Shown here piece by piece: positions 46,401 through 58,500 of a DNA stretch of 64,000 nt (positions are counted from its first letter, which is position 1; each line of letters starts with the position of its first letter). Made by a program: the position numbers and the translations under genes. Source of the stretch: Macrostomum lignano (lineage: Eukaryota); the NCBI GenBank assembly GCA_002269645.1, contig NIVC01001092.1:152136-216135 (forward strand), written 5' to 3'. The notes under the pieces were generated by a model. The model was given only the letters and a program-made list of their open reading frames with translations, did no database searches and had not been told where the DNA came from.

Positions 46401-49400
46401 CGTCAACTGCACGTCAATTGACTGGTTCCACGAATGGCCCAAAGAAGCTTTGGTGTCCGTTTCCCGGCGCTTCCTGCAAGACGTGGAACTTTTGGACGAG
46501 GCCTCTCGGGAGACGGTGGCTCAGTTCATGAGCTTTGTGCACAAATCAGTGAATGAGAAGAGCGCTGAGTACCTACTAAATGAGCGCCGATACAACTACA
46601 CAACGCCGAAGTCCTTCTTGGAGCAGATCAATTTGTATCAGAACATGCTGAAACGCCAGCACGCAGACCTACTGGGAAAAATGAGCCGTCTGGAGAACGG
46701 TCTGGAGAAACTCGAATCTACAGCGCAACAAGTAGACGATCTGAAAGCAAAATTGGCAGCACAGGAAGTAGAGCTATCTCAAAAGAATGAAGATGCAAAC
46801 AAACTATTAGAAATTGTTGGCACAGAGACGGACAAGGTCAGCAAAGAAAAGGAGTTCGCCGACCAAGAGGAGCAAAAGGTGACGGAGATCAAAGCTAACG
46901 TGACAGTCAAGCAGAAAGAATGCGAAGAGGATCTGGCAAAGGCTGAGCCCGCACTGCAGGCGGCCCAAGATGCGTTGAACACACTTAACAAAAACAACCT
47001 GACCGAGATGAAATCTTTTGGTACTCCACCGGAGGCTGTGGTTAAGGTGGCCGCTGCCGTAATGTGTCTGCTAGCACCCGGAGGAAAGGTTCCTAGGGTC
47101 AATGACCGTACCTGGAAGAACTCCAAGGCAGGTATCATGAGTAAAGTGGATCAATTCCTGGACAACTTGATCAACTACGACAAGGACAACATTCACGAGA
47201 ACTGCCTTAAGGAAGTTGACAGGTACATTAAGGATCCAGAGTTTGAACCTGAGTTGATCAGATCGAAGTCTATCGCCGCCTCTGGTCTGTGCTCTTGGGT
47301 CATCAACATCGTTAGGTATTACGAGGTGTACACATTTGTAAAGCCCAAGCGTGACGCTCTGGATGAGGCGAATGAGCAGCTGCGACAGGCTACCGATAAG
47401 CTGGAGGGAATTCAGGCCAAGATCCGTGAGCTGGAGAACAAGCTGGCTATCCTGACTGCTGAGTTTGAAAAGGCCACGGCTGATAAGCTGAAGTGTCAAC
47501 AGGAGGCGGACCTGACATACAAAACCATCGAGCTAGCAAACCGTCTGGTCGGTGGACTGGCCTCAGAGAATATCCGTTGGGCGAACCAGGTAAAGCTCTA
47601 CAAAGAGCAGGAGAAGACTCTGCCAGGAGATGTCCTCATCACTGCAGCCTTCCTGTCCTACGTCGGATGCTTCACGAAACAGTACCGAATGGACCTTATG
47701 GAGCAGATGTGGCTGCCATTCCTTAAGGGCCTGCCGAATTCAGTGCCAACTACGGAGAACATCGATCCTATCTCCATGCTTGTTGACGATGCACAGATTG
47801 CCACGTGGAACAACGAGGGCCTGCCAAGCGATCGCATGTCGATTGAGAATGCCACAATTCTGACAAGCGCCGAGCGCTGGCCACTAATGATCGACCCCCA
47901 GCTTCAGGGCATCAAGTGGATTAAGAACAGGTACGGCGATTCCCTGAGGGTGATCAGACTGGGCAACAAGGGCTACATGGACAAGATCGAGGCGGCTGTC
48001 TCCGCTGGTGACACAGTGCTGCTGGAGCAGATCGAAGAGAATGTCGATCCAGTTTTGGACCCGCTGCTTGGGCGAAACACCATCAAGAAGGGACGCGCCA
48101 TTAAGCTGGGTGACAAGGAGGTTGAATATAACCCTGACTTCAGGCTGATTCTACAGACAAAACTGGCTAACCCGCACTACAAGCCTGAAATGCAGGCTCA
48201 GACAACGCTAATTAACTTCACTGTGACACGCGATGGCCTGGAGGACCAGCTGTTGGCGTCCGTCGTGAGCAAGGAACGGCCGGATTTGGAACAGCTCAAG
48301 TCTGACCTGACAAGGCAGCAAACGAGTTCAAGATCACACTGAAGAATCTTGAGGACTCCCTACTGGCGCGTCTCTCCGCTGCGGAAGGCAATTTCCTGGG
48401 TGACTACGCCTTGGTGGAAAATCTTGAGACCAACAAGCGAACGGCCATCGAAATTGAAGAAAAGGTTGCACAGGCCAAGATTACAGAGGTCGAGATTAAT
48501 GAGGCTCGCGAATGGTACCGAACTGCTGCAGGCCGAGCATCGCTGCTGTACTTCATCCTGAACGATCTGAATAAGATCAACCCGATGTACCAGTTCTCTC
48601 TGAAGGCCTTCCGCGTTGTTTTCGACAAGGGCATTGACCGCGCTGAGCCAAACGAGGAGCTGAAAGAGCGTGTGAAGAATCTGATTGATTCGATCACGTA
48701 CTCAATCTATGTGTACACAACCCGAGGTCTTTTCGAAAGGGACAAGCTCATCTTCACAGCCCAGATGGCTTTCCAGATTTTGCTATTGAACAAAGAGATC
48801 AAGCCAAGTGAACTGGACTTCCTGCTTCGTTTCCCAATCGTGCCGAACCTTACAACCCCAGTCGACTTCTTGACTAACAATGGCTGGGGTGGTATCAAGG
48901 CGCTATCAAACATGGAAGAGTTCAGAAACCTTGATCGCGATATCGAGGGGTCCGCTAAGCGCTGGAAGAAGTTTGTTGAGAGCGAGTGCCCCGAGAAGGA
49001 AAAATTCCCGCAGGAGTGGAAGAACAAGACGGCCCTGCAGCGTCTGTGCATGATGCGTGCTCTGCGCCCCGACCGAATGAGCTACGCAGTAACTGACTTT
49101 GTCGCTGAGAAGCTGGGTCAAAAGTATGTGGAGGGTGCCACACTCGAATTCGCTAAGTCGTATGAAGAGTCTGGCCCTGCGATACCTATTTTCTTCATCC
49201 TATCGCCTGGTGTTGACCCGTTGAAGGACGTCGAGAAGCTCGGTCGCGCAATCGGCTTCGACTCGGATCACAAGAATTTCCACAACATCAGCTTGGGTCA
49301 AGGTCAAGAGGTGGTCGCTGAAAGAGCTATGGACTTGGCAACTCAAGAAGGACATTGGGTCGTTCTGCAGAACATCCATCTGGTAGCCAAGTGGCTGGGA

Positions 49401-50960
49401 ACTCTGGAGAAGAAACTGGAAGAGTATGCCGAGTCTGCGCACGAAAACTACCGCATCTTTGTTTCGGCGGAGCCTCCGTCCAGTGCCGAGTCGCACATCA
49501 TTCCGCAGGGTATTCTCGAGAATGCTATCAAGATCACAAACGAGCCGCCTACCGGTATGTTTGCTAACCTCCACAAGGCGCTTAACAACTTCAACCAGGA
49601 CACTCTGGAGATGTGCGCGCGTGAAAACGAGTTTAAGACTATTCTGTTTGCACTCTGCTACTTCCACGCTGTCGTGTCGGAGCGACGCAAGTTTGGACCT
49701 CAGGGCTGGAACCGCGTGTATCCATTCAACACAGGTGACCTGGTCATCTCTGTAAACGTGTTGTACAACTACCTGGAGGCCAACTCCAAAGTTCCATGGG
49801 AGGATCTGCGCTACCTGTTTGGTGACATCATGTACGGCGGTCACATCACCGACGACTGGGATCGTAAGCTGTGCAAGACCTACCTGGAGGAGTACCTGGC
49901 ACCGGAGATGCTGGATGGCGAGCTCCACTTGGCTCCGGGCTTCCGCATTCCGCCGAACTCAGACTTCAAAGGCTACCACGCATACATTGACGAGTGCCTC
50001 CCGCCTGAGAGCCCGTACCTGTACGGCTTGCACTCGAACGCCGAAATCGAGTTTCTCACAACGACTAGCGAGAAACTGTTCAAGACGGTATTCGAGATGC
50101 AGCCACGCGACACGGGCGCGGGAAGCGGCGGCGGAGTCTCCCGGGAGGAGAAGATCAAACAGATCCTGGATGAGATCATGGAGAAGTTGCCGGACGAGTT
50201 CAACTTGGTGGAGATCCAAGGCAAGGTGCCGCCAGAGGAGCGTACCCCGTATGTGGTAGTGGCCTTTCAGGAGTGCGAGCGAATGAACATGCTGATTTCG
50301 GAGATCCGAAGAACCCTAAAAGAACTGGACCTTGGCTTGAAGGGCGAACTAACAATCACACCGGACATGGAGGCGCTGAGCAACTCGATGTTCCTCGACC
50401 AGGTGCCGGAGAGCTGGGAGCGCCGAGCCTATCCGTCGCTGTTTGGTCTGACGGTTTGGTACGCAGATCTGCTGCAGCGCGTGAAGGAGCTTGAGAGCTG
50501 GACGTCCGACTTCCAGCTGCCCGCAGCCGTGTGGCTCGGCGGCCTGTTCAACCCGCAGTCGTTCCTCACGGCCATCATGCAGCAGATGGCGCGCAAAAAC
50601 GAGTGGCCGCTGGACCGAATGTGCCTGCAGTGCGATGTCACCAAGAAGACTCGCGAGGACATGGCCGGACCGCCTAGGGAGGGTGCCTACATCCACGGCC
50701 TCTTCATGGAAGGCGCGCGCTGGGACACGCAGACTGGCATGATCCAGGAGGCCAGACTGAAGGAGCTGGCACCAGTGGTACCGGTCATCTTCATCAAGGC
50801 GATCCCGGTGGACCGGCAGGATATGCGCAGCATGTACCAGTGCCCAGTGTACAAGACCAAGACACGCGGACCGACTTTCGTGTGGACTTTCAACCTCAAG
50901 ACCAAGGAGAAGCCGGCCAAGTGGGTGTTGGGCGGTGTCGCCCTCTTGCTGCAGGTGTGA
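34444..50960 (+). CDS. DNAH9/DNAH17: Axonemal outer-arm dynein beta-type heavy chain, 14 exons, ~4506 aa
   Basis: Exons 34444-34803, 34921-35171, 35297-35498, 35630-35941, 36033-36548, 36694-36959, 38154-38222, 38319-38445, 38531-38813, 38915-42193, 42294-42600, 42681-44100, 44746-45458, 45548-50960; all GT-AG and phase-consistent. P-loops [33 protein letters not shown]; C-terminus [13 protein letters not shown]. Three -1 frameshifts (~45126, ~45785, ~48321). The exact vertebrate paralogue is not resolvable. Confidence 0.97.
44248..44436 (+). other. Candidate in-frame 63-codon Gln/Pro-rich cassette exon of the dynein gene
   Basis: Branch point ACTAAC, acceptor TAG at 44245-44247, 189 nt with no stop, donor GAG|GTGA. 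Phase 0/0 matches the host intron. It is a GC-rich island in an AT-rich intron. Confidence 0.55.
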
Positions 50961-51837
50961 GACTACTTGAGGCAACAACGAATTTCTTGAGCTATTTGAC
51001 ATGTTTAAAATTTTAATGTGGGTCAAACTGTGGCAAAATTGCAGAGCGACTCTGGCAAAAATAGAAATCTGATTAGAATCTTTTGAAAAATATTCTACGA
51101 GCTACGAGCTACGAAAATGAACTCTCGAAATTTCTAATTAAAATGTTCTTTTAAATCCAAATCACTTAGTAGACGTTAAAATTAATGCTGCTTTGTCAAG
51201 CGCTCTCGCAATTTGTTTGGGCTGGTAACTATGGCGACCATTGTAACTGACGTGATTTGCTGATTGTAATTCTGAATTTTAAAATCCAAAAACTTTTATG
51301 TCGTATACCAAAGTGCTACGGGGGTACTTTAATTAACTGATTGCTTTTTTCCAAAAAATTTTTGCTAACTTAAAAAGAACTTTATAGCCTGTTTTAATAA
51401 CAATATTGAACTTAATTAACTGTTATTTGTATCGCACAAATATAATTTTTTCTAAGAGTGCTCACAGATAAATCAGGAGCCTTTTTCTTCGATCAATTAA
51501 TACCCGTGCATTTGTCTTCGACAATGAGAGAAATGACTGACACAAAATTAATTGTAGAATTGACTTAATGGTAACACATTGAAATTGCCAAGCAGGCAGA
51601 GAGTTGCCAGTATATAATTGATGCAGAAATTCAGGCTGTTGCTATCAAACGGCGATATTTAAGGTGTTAAAACTAGCTGAATTATCAATACTTAATAATG
51701 CTGTTAAATTACTACTATACATGTACGATTACAAAATGCCATTGACTAACAAAAAATTACTATTTTCAACTAGCACTGGGATTGGATGTTTTGGCAGCTA
51801 CTGTTAATTATAAGGGAACAGCCAGTCCGAGTCTGCT

Positions 51838-54615
51838 TCACACAATCTGCACCTCCAACTGGGTGAGCCTGGCGTACACGCTTGACGGCAGGCGGAACGG
51901 CAGCTTGCCGGCGAACGCCACCAGAGCCTGGGCGCGCTCTCGCATCTCCGCGGCAGCCGGAGGCGCCGGCTCTGCAGATGAGAGGCCGCCGCCGCTGCCG
52001 GGCCGAGCGGCCGCCTCAACAGCGGCCCGGTGCAGCAGCTGCAGCAGGCGCATGCAGGTCAGCAGCAGGTCGGGCAGGCAACGGCGAAGCTCGTCCGAGC
52101 CAGACGCCTCAAATGCGCGAACTCGGGCGTCGACAGCGTCAAGCCGGGCCGGCAGCAGACGCAGATGGTCGAGCAGCTGCAATGCAGCCGAGTGCCGGCC
52201 CTCGTAGAACATGGTGAAGTAGGTGGACAGGTCCAGCAGGCGGTAGAGAGTCCCAGCCAAGGGCGCCCGGGCCTCTTCGCTTGGCCCGGCGCGTCGGAGG
52301 CGAGCGGCGGCCGCGGCGGCGAACTCCAGAGTCCGACGGCGGTCAGGCGCGGCCGGCGGCTGGGCGATGCAGGCGCTGAGTAAGCGGCAGAGCGGGCCGA
52401 GGGTGCGGTCCCAACGGCCGGCCAGCTCGAACAGGCAGGCGGCCTCCTCCAGGCGGCCGGCGGACTCGCTGGCCTCGGCCACGCCGGCGGCCAGTTCGCT
52501 GGCGTCCAGGCCGAATCGTTGGACGGCGCCTCGTCGTCGGACGCCGGTGTCCGGGTCGACTCGGCCAAGTAGCAAGTCAAATTGCCGGCTGGCCGACACC
52601 AGCTCGGCGGCGGCGGCGCGAAAGGCCGCGCCCGGGCGGAGGCAGTGCAGCAGATTGAGCGCATCCAACGGGCGGGAGGTCTCCAACCGGCGACTGTAGA
52701 GCTGGACAAGGCGGCAGAGGTTCAAAGCGACCAGGCCGCCGTCAAGCCGGCTGGTGAGTGGAGCGTCGGGCGATTCGGCCAGGAGCAGCAGGCGGCGGTC
52801 GTGCATGGCGAGGGCCGCGTGCACCGCATGGCAGCGCAGCGGCTCGGAGCGCGACAGAAACGCCAGGGCGAGCTCCCACTGCTGGGTGAGGAACAGCACG
52901 CTGAAGAACAGCAGCGGCTGCTGCCAGGCGCTGAAGTGCGCCTCGCCGTACTCTTCGGCTAGCTGGCGCTGCAGGGCGCCGAGGCTGAGCCGGTCCGAGC
53001 GGCCGTCCCAGGCGATCTGGCTGAGCCGCAGCCATAGGAAATCTTCCACGGAGGTGGCCACGTCGGCATGACAGTCGGCAACATCGCAGCGCGCCATCAG
53101 GCAGATGAGCAGCCGCCTGTACGGGTCAACAGCTCGGCGCAGCTGCGAGGCCAGCCGAGCCTCGGTCTCAGCCGCCAGCTGCCTATCGTTAGCGACGTAT
53201 TCCTCTAGAGCCGCTGGGAAGTCGCCCAACACAGCGGCGGCGTCCTTAGCAACGGTCAGAGCGTCGTTGAGAAAGCCGCAACGCATGTGAAAATAGATGA
53301 CGGCCCACACCGGTCGGCCGTCCACCTGGCCATCTTCGAGCAGCCCGGCCGGCGGTCTGGGCAGGCCGGCGAATGCGCGAATCAAAGCCCGGTTGCCAGG
53401 GACGCCTCCAAGCCGGGCCCTGGCCGGTTCCTTAGCAACCGCTTGTCGGACAAATGCCGCATAGCTGGCCTCCAGATGCTCCAACGCTAGTCGGGCGGCG
53501 GTGCGTTGAAACGCCGGCGCGGCCCGGGCCTCGCGCAGAGATCCGTGCGCACCGCGGCGCGCAGAGCCGACGCGGTCAATGAGGGCCCAGAAGTCCACCA
53601 GAGCCGGGTCGCCCAGCTTGCCAGCGACAGCGTGGCGCATAGCGGCGCAAAGATCCGGGCCCGGGTCGCCTCTGTCCAGGGCGGCCTGGGTGTGAGACTC
53701 GAGCGCACCAGCGTAGGTCTGCTCAACCGCGGTGAGCAGGACCCCGGAGCCGCCGCCGCCGCCGCTACCTCCGGCAATAGCGGAGCCGGGCGCGCTGGCG
53801 AGAATCGAATCGGACAGAGCGGCGCCGCCGCCGCCGGCTGAGGTCAGGCGGTCGCGAGTTGGCGCCAGGCTGTCGGGCAAGTCAAAAGCGCTGGCGCCGG
53901 CCAGGCAGGACAGGAGGGCCGCCTTCTCGGCTTCCCAGTCGGCGCGCTGTAGTCGGCGGGATCTGCGGAGCGGCAAATATAATCCCGCGATATAAAGCGC
54001 GACAAAGTTAAGCAGAGCTAGTTGCGGTTAGTACGCCTTGTGAGCGGATGGTATTTGAATCAGCTATTCTTGAGTATTTGTCAGTTATTGTTGGCTCTTT
54101 AAGTCAGTTATTGGTGGGTATTTGAGTCAGTTATTCTTGGGCATTTGAGTCAGTTATTCTTGGGCATTTGAGTCAGGTATTGTTGGCTATTTGAGTCATG
54201 TATTGTAGGGTACAAACTATTATCATTGAACGAAGCCAGACCTGGCATCCCAATCGCGAGCAGTCCTAGCCCGACTATGCTCAACAGCGGTGAGCAGAGC
54301 ATTCTGACGCTCGTTGCGTAGAAACGCCGGCACGTCGGTTGGCGCGGTGGCTTCCAAATTGTCGTAGCCGGACAGGGCCGACAGGGCGTCCAGTTGGCGC
54401 GGAAGCTGGGGCGCCGAGACGCCGTGGCTGGCCAGGAACTGGGCGGCGGCCAGCTCGCTGTCCTGGCTTGGCGGTGGCCTGGCGGCCGCTAGCCGGCTGC
54501 CAAGGGAGCGCAGCTGCGGCAGAGTGCGGCTTAGCTGAGGCAGGTCGGCGTCGCCTTGCAGCTGGGTGACCAGGCCTTCCGCCTCTTCTAGGAGCTGTTC
54601 CAGAGTCTGCGTCAT
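51838..54615 (-). CDS. NUP93: Nucleoporin Nup93 (Nic96 family), 2 exons, ~832 aa
   Basis: Exons 54615-54242 (LEQLLEEAEGL..LPQLSRTL..TDVPAFLRNERQNALL) and 53962-51838 (DWEAEKAALL, VWAVIYFHMRCG, DPYRR, EDFLWLRL, ALVAFAGKLPFRLPSSVYARL); phase-2 join in frame. Confidence 0.95.
54050..54205. repeat. Short degenerate 23-bp minisatellite TTTGAGTCAGTTATTCTTGGGCA in the NUP93 intron
   Basis: Several tandem units; similar to the unit at 60715-62945. Confidence 0.85.
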
Positions 54616-54649
54616 GGCTGCAAGGCAGAGGGGTGGTGCGGAAGGGACT

Positions 54650-55286
54650 ATACAGGTACCGCTGTGATAGGGGTCAGGGCTGACTCTATACAGGTACCGC
54701 TGAGATAAGGGTCAGGGCTGACTCTATGCAGGTACCGCTGAGATAGGGGTCAGGGCTGACTCTATACAGGTACCGCTGTGATAGGGGTCAGTGCTGACTC
54801 TATACAGGTACCGCTGTGATAGGGGTCAGGGCTGACTCTATACAGGTACCGCTGTGATAGGGGTCAGTGCTGACTCTATACAGGTACCGCTGTGATAGGG
54901 GTCAGGGCTGACTCTATGCAGGTACCGCTGAGATAGGGGTCAGGGCTGACTCTATGCAGGTACCGCTGTGATTGACTCTATACAGGTATCTCTGAAATAG
55001 GGGTCAGGGCTGACTCTATGCAGGTACCGCTGTGATTGACTCTATACAGGTATCTCTGAAATAGGGGTCAGGGCTGACTCTATACAGGTACCGCTGTGAT
55101 TGACTCTATACAGGTATCGCTGAGATAGGGGTCAGGGCTGACTCTATACAGGTATCGCTGAGATAGGGGTCAGCGCTACTCTTACAGGTATCGCTGAGAT
55201 AGGGGTCAGGGCTACTCTTACAGGTATCGCTGAGATAGGGGTCAGGGCTACTCTTACAGGTATCGCTGTGATAGGGGTCAGGGCTA
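54650..55286. repeat. Minisatellite, 36-38-bp unit GGGCTGACTCTATACAGGTACCGCTGTGATAGGGGTCA, between GNL2 and NUP93
   Basis: Period 38; bracketed by the direct repeat GTGCGGAAGGGACT at 54636-54649 and 55287-55300. Confidence 0.95.
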
Positions 55287-55502
55287 GTGCGGAAGGGACT
55301 CGTACAGATATCAATAGTTTGAAGGCTTTTAAATAAAAAAATCGCAAAGCAAAAATTTCAATGGTCTGACTGGGGAAGCAAACCAGCGACACGTCGGAGA
55401 CAAATTTATTTGTTTGCACGGTTTAAACAGCCAACTCGCATAAACAGGCCAGTTCAAGCTTCAGCAATGCTCTGAGAAATGGTAAACTAGTGAAAATGGT
55501 GC

Positions 55503-58500
55503 TCAGCGGTTTCCACTCTTTCCGCCTGTCTTCTCCAGCCGCTTGGCCAGGTTGCGATTTTTCACATTCGCCCAGGTGTAAAAATGCTCGCCGACCTTCT
55601 TAGGCCGCTGATCGCGCTCCGCCCGCCGGCGCTCCCTAGAGGTTGTGGCGCCTTTGCCCGCGGCGGCGGCGCCCGCAGTCCCGGACGCCTTGGCCTTGCG
55701 CAGTTTCGCCTTGGCCAGCTTCGTGAGTCGCCGCTGCTCCCACTGGGGCGTCGCCGACTGCTCGGCGCCTTCCGTCGGCTGCTCGGCGCCTTCCGTCGGC
55801 TGCTGCTGCTCGACATCGGCGCCGCTATGCTGCATCAGCGACAGGAAGCTGGGCAGGAAGTCCGGAACAGACCGACGGTTCTGCATCGGCTGTTTTGCTC
55901 GGCTACTAGCCGGCTTGGCGCTGTTGGCCTTTGAGTCTCTATCTAGTTTCTTCTCAGCCTCCGGCGAGTCTGCATCGCAAACTCCCTCATCGCTAGCTTG
56001 TTCCTCTTCAGACTCCTCCTCAGCCTCCTCTACTATGATGGCTGCGTCATCGTCATCTTCGGAGGATGTCGCCGCATCGGCTTCGCTGGCAGCTTCCGGC
56101 TTCGCTACTGTCTGTTCGGTGAGTCTAAAAAACAACCATTGGGATGGTCAGCTGATGTATTAAATAATGAGAAATTAGTTAGCTAGTCCTGATTTACAGC
56201 CAGTGAGACCATCAGATTGATAAGGGACTGAGGAGAGTCTTTTCTGACTCAGGGATCAGCGGCAATGGCTCAGCTGGCTCATGGGGATCATCAGGGATCA
56301 TTAGGGATCAGCGGAAATGGCTTAGTTGACTTAGGGATCAACAGGAATCAGCGACAATGGCTTAGTTGACTCAGGGATCAGCGACAATGGCTCAGTTGAC
56401 TCAGGGATCAGCGACAATGGCTTAGTTGACTCAGGGATCAGCTACAATGGCTTAGTTGACTCAGGGATCAGCGACAATGGCTCAGTTGACTCAGGGATCA
56501 GCGACAATGGCTTAGTTGACTCAGGGATCAGCGACAATGGCTCAGTTGACTCAGGGATCAGCGACAATGGCTTAGTTGACTCAGGATCAGCGACAATGGC
56601 TCAGTTGACTCAGGGATCAGCGACAATGGCTTAGTTGACTCAGGGATCAGCGACAATGGCTCAGTTGACTCAGGGATCAGCGACAATGGCTTAGTTGACT
56701 CAGGGATCAACAGGAATCAGCGACAATGGCTCAGTTGACTCAGGGATCAGCGACAATGGCTCAGTTGACTCAGGGATCAGCGACAATGGCTCAGTTGACT
56801 CAGGGATCAGCGACAATGGCTTAGTTGACTCAGGGATCAGCGACAATGGCTTAGTTGACTCAGGGATCAGCGACAATGGCTCAGTTGACTCAGGGATCAG
56901 CGACAATGGCTTAGTTGACTCAGGGATCAGCGACAATGGCTTAGTTGACTCAGGGATCAGCGACAATGGCTTAGTTGACTCAGGGATCAGCGACAATGGC
57001 TTAGTTGACTCAGGGATCAGCGACAATGGCTTAGTTGACTCAGGGATCAGCGACAATGGCTTAGTTGACTCAGGGATCAGCGACAATGGCTTAGTTGACT
57101 CAGGGATCAGCGACAATGGCTTAGTTGACTCAGGGATCAGCGACAATGGCTTAGTTGACTCAGGGATCAGCGACAATGGCTTAGTTGACTCAGGGATCAG
57201 CGACAATGGCTTAGTTGACTCAGGGATCAGCGACAATGGCTCAGTTGACTCAGGGATCAGCGACAATGGCTTAGTTGACTCAGGGATCAGCGACAATGGC
57301 TCAGTTGACTCAGGGATCAGCGACAATGGCTTAGTTGACTCAGGGATCAGCGACAATGGCTTAGTTGACTCAGGGATCAGCGACAATGGCTCAGTTGACT
57401 CAGGGATCAGCGGCAACCATAAGTGATGATGCATATTGGCTTGGGCTTAATTGAGATCTTACTGGCTCTGAAAAAGCAGCATAAATAAATAGATAGCATA
57501 TTTATGAGAGTTCCCATGCCCACAATTACCCTTCCACAGCTTCATCAGTGGCCGCAGCATCTGCAGCCGCCGCAGTCTCAGTTTTAGATTTGCGCTCCAA
57601 TGCTAGACGCTCGGCGTCAGTCAGCGGCACGTCTGGCGGCTGGGCGTAGTGCGGCAGGCGGCCGCGCTGGAAGTCATTCAGCAGCATCTTGGCCACGCAG
57701 GCCAGGTCCGGCTCGCCGCCTTTCAACAGTTTGCCAGCCTGGCGGGCCAGCTGTTCGAGGAAGCCCTCAGTGTCGGTCCAGTCGGACACGCTGTACTGCC
57801 TGGCCAGGTGCTCCGGCCGCACCCGGGCCAGCACGGCATCGGCGTATAGCTCCGGCTGGCGAAGGTATTCAACGCGAATGACGCCTTTGAGCACTAGGTC
57901 GGCCTCGGAGTCGCCAGTCGGGTAGACAACTCCGGGACAGTCGATCAGGTGGATTCTGCGCATCAGGGTTACGTATTGCCACACCTTGGAAGCGGACAGG
58001 ATGGGGACAGGGCTCAGGTGAAAATAATAAGCTGACCGAGCTCTGTGCCTGATTTATAAGGGTACCGAGGGGCTTGTGTGTACTTTTAGCCGATCAAGAA
58101 TTGAGTCAGTCCATCTTGAATAATTGGGTCAGTTACTATTGGTAATTGGGTCAGCTAGTATCGGTAATTGGATCAGCTAGTATCGGTAATTGGGTCAGCT
58201 AGTATTGGTAATTGGGTCAGCTACTATCGGTAATTGGGTCAGCTAGTATCGGTAATTGGGTCAGCTAGTATCGGTAATTGGGTCAGCTAGTATCGGTAAT
58301 TGGGTCAGCTAGTATTAGTAATTGGGTCAGCTAGTACCGGTAATTGGGTCAGCTAGTATTAGTAATTGGGTCAGCTAGTACCGGTAATTGGGTCAGCTAG
58401 TATTAGTAATTGGGTCAGCTAGTATTAGTAATTGGGTCAGCTAGTATTAGTAATTGGGTCAGCTAGTACCGGTAATTGGGTCAGCTAGTATTAGTAATTG

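Noticed and set aside
45121-48326. Programmed ribosomal frameshifting in dynein
   Set aside because: No slippery heptamer or downstream structure; three events in one essential gene are far better explained by sequence error.
39268-51026. Long antisense and alternate-frame ORFs overlapping dynein (likewise in NUP93, the GPCR and aminopeptidase P)
   Set aside because: Expected shadow ORFs from GC-rich codon usage; no recognisable protein features.
51225-51238. X-box-like GTAACTATGGCGAC
   Set aside because: A single motif between two convergent 3' ends, with no promoter context.
56695-57434. 243/244-aa ORFs on both strands (DSGISDNG.. / LIPESTKP..)
   Set aside because: Translation of a stop-free 30-bp minisatellite lying inside a phase-consistent GNL2 intron.
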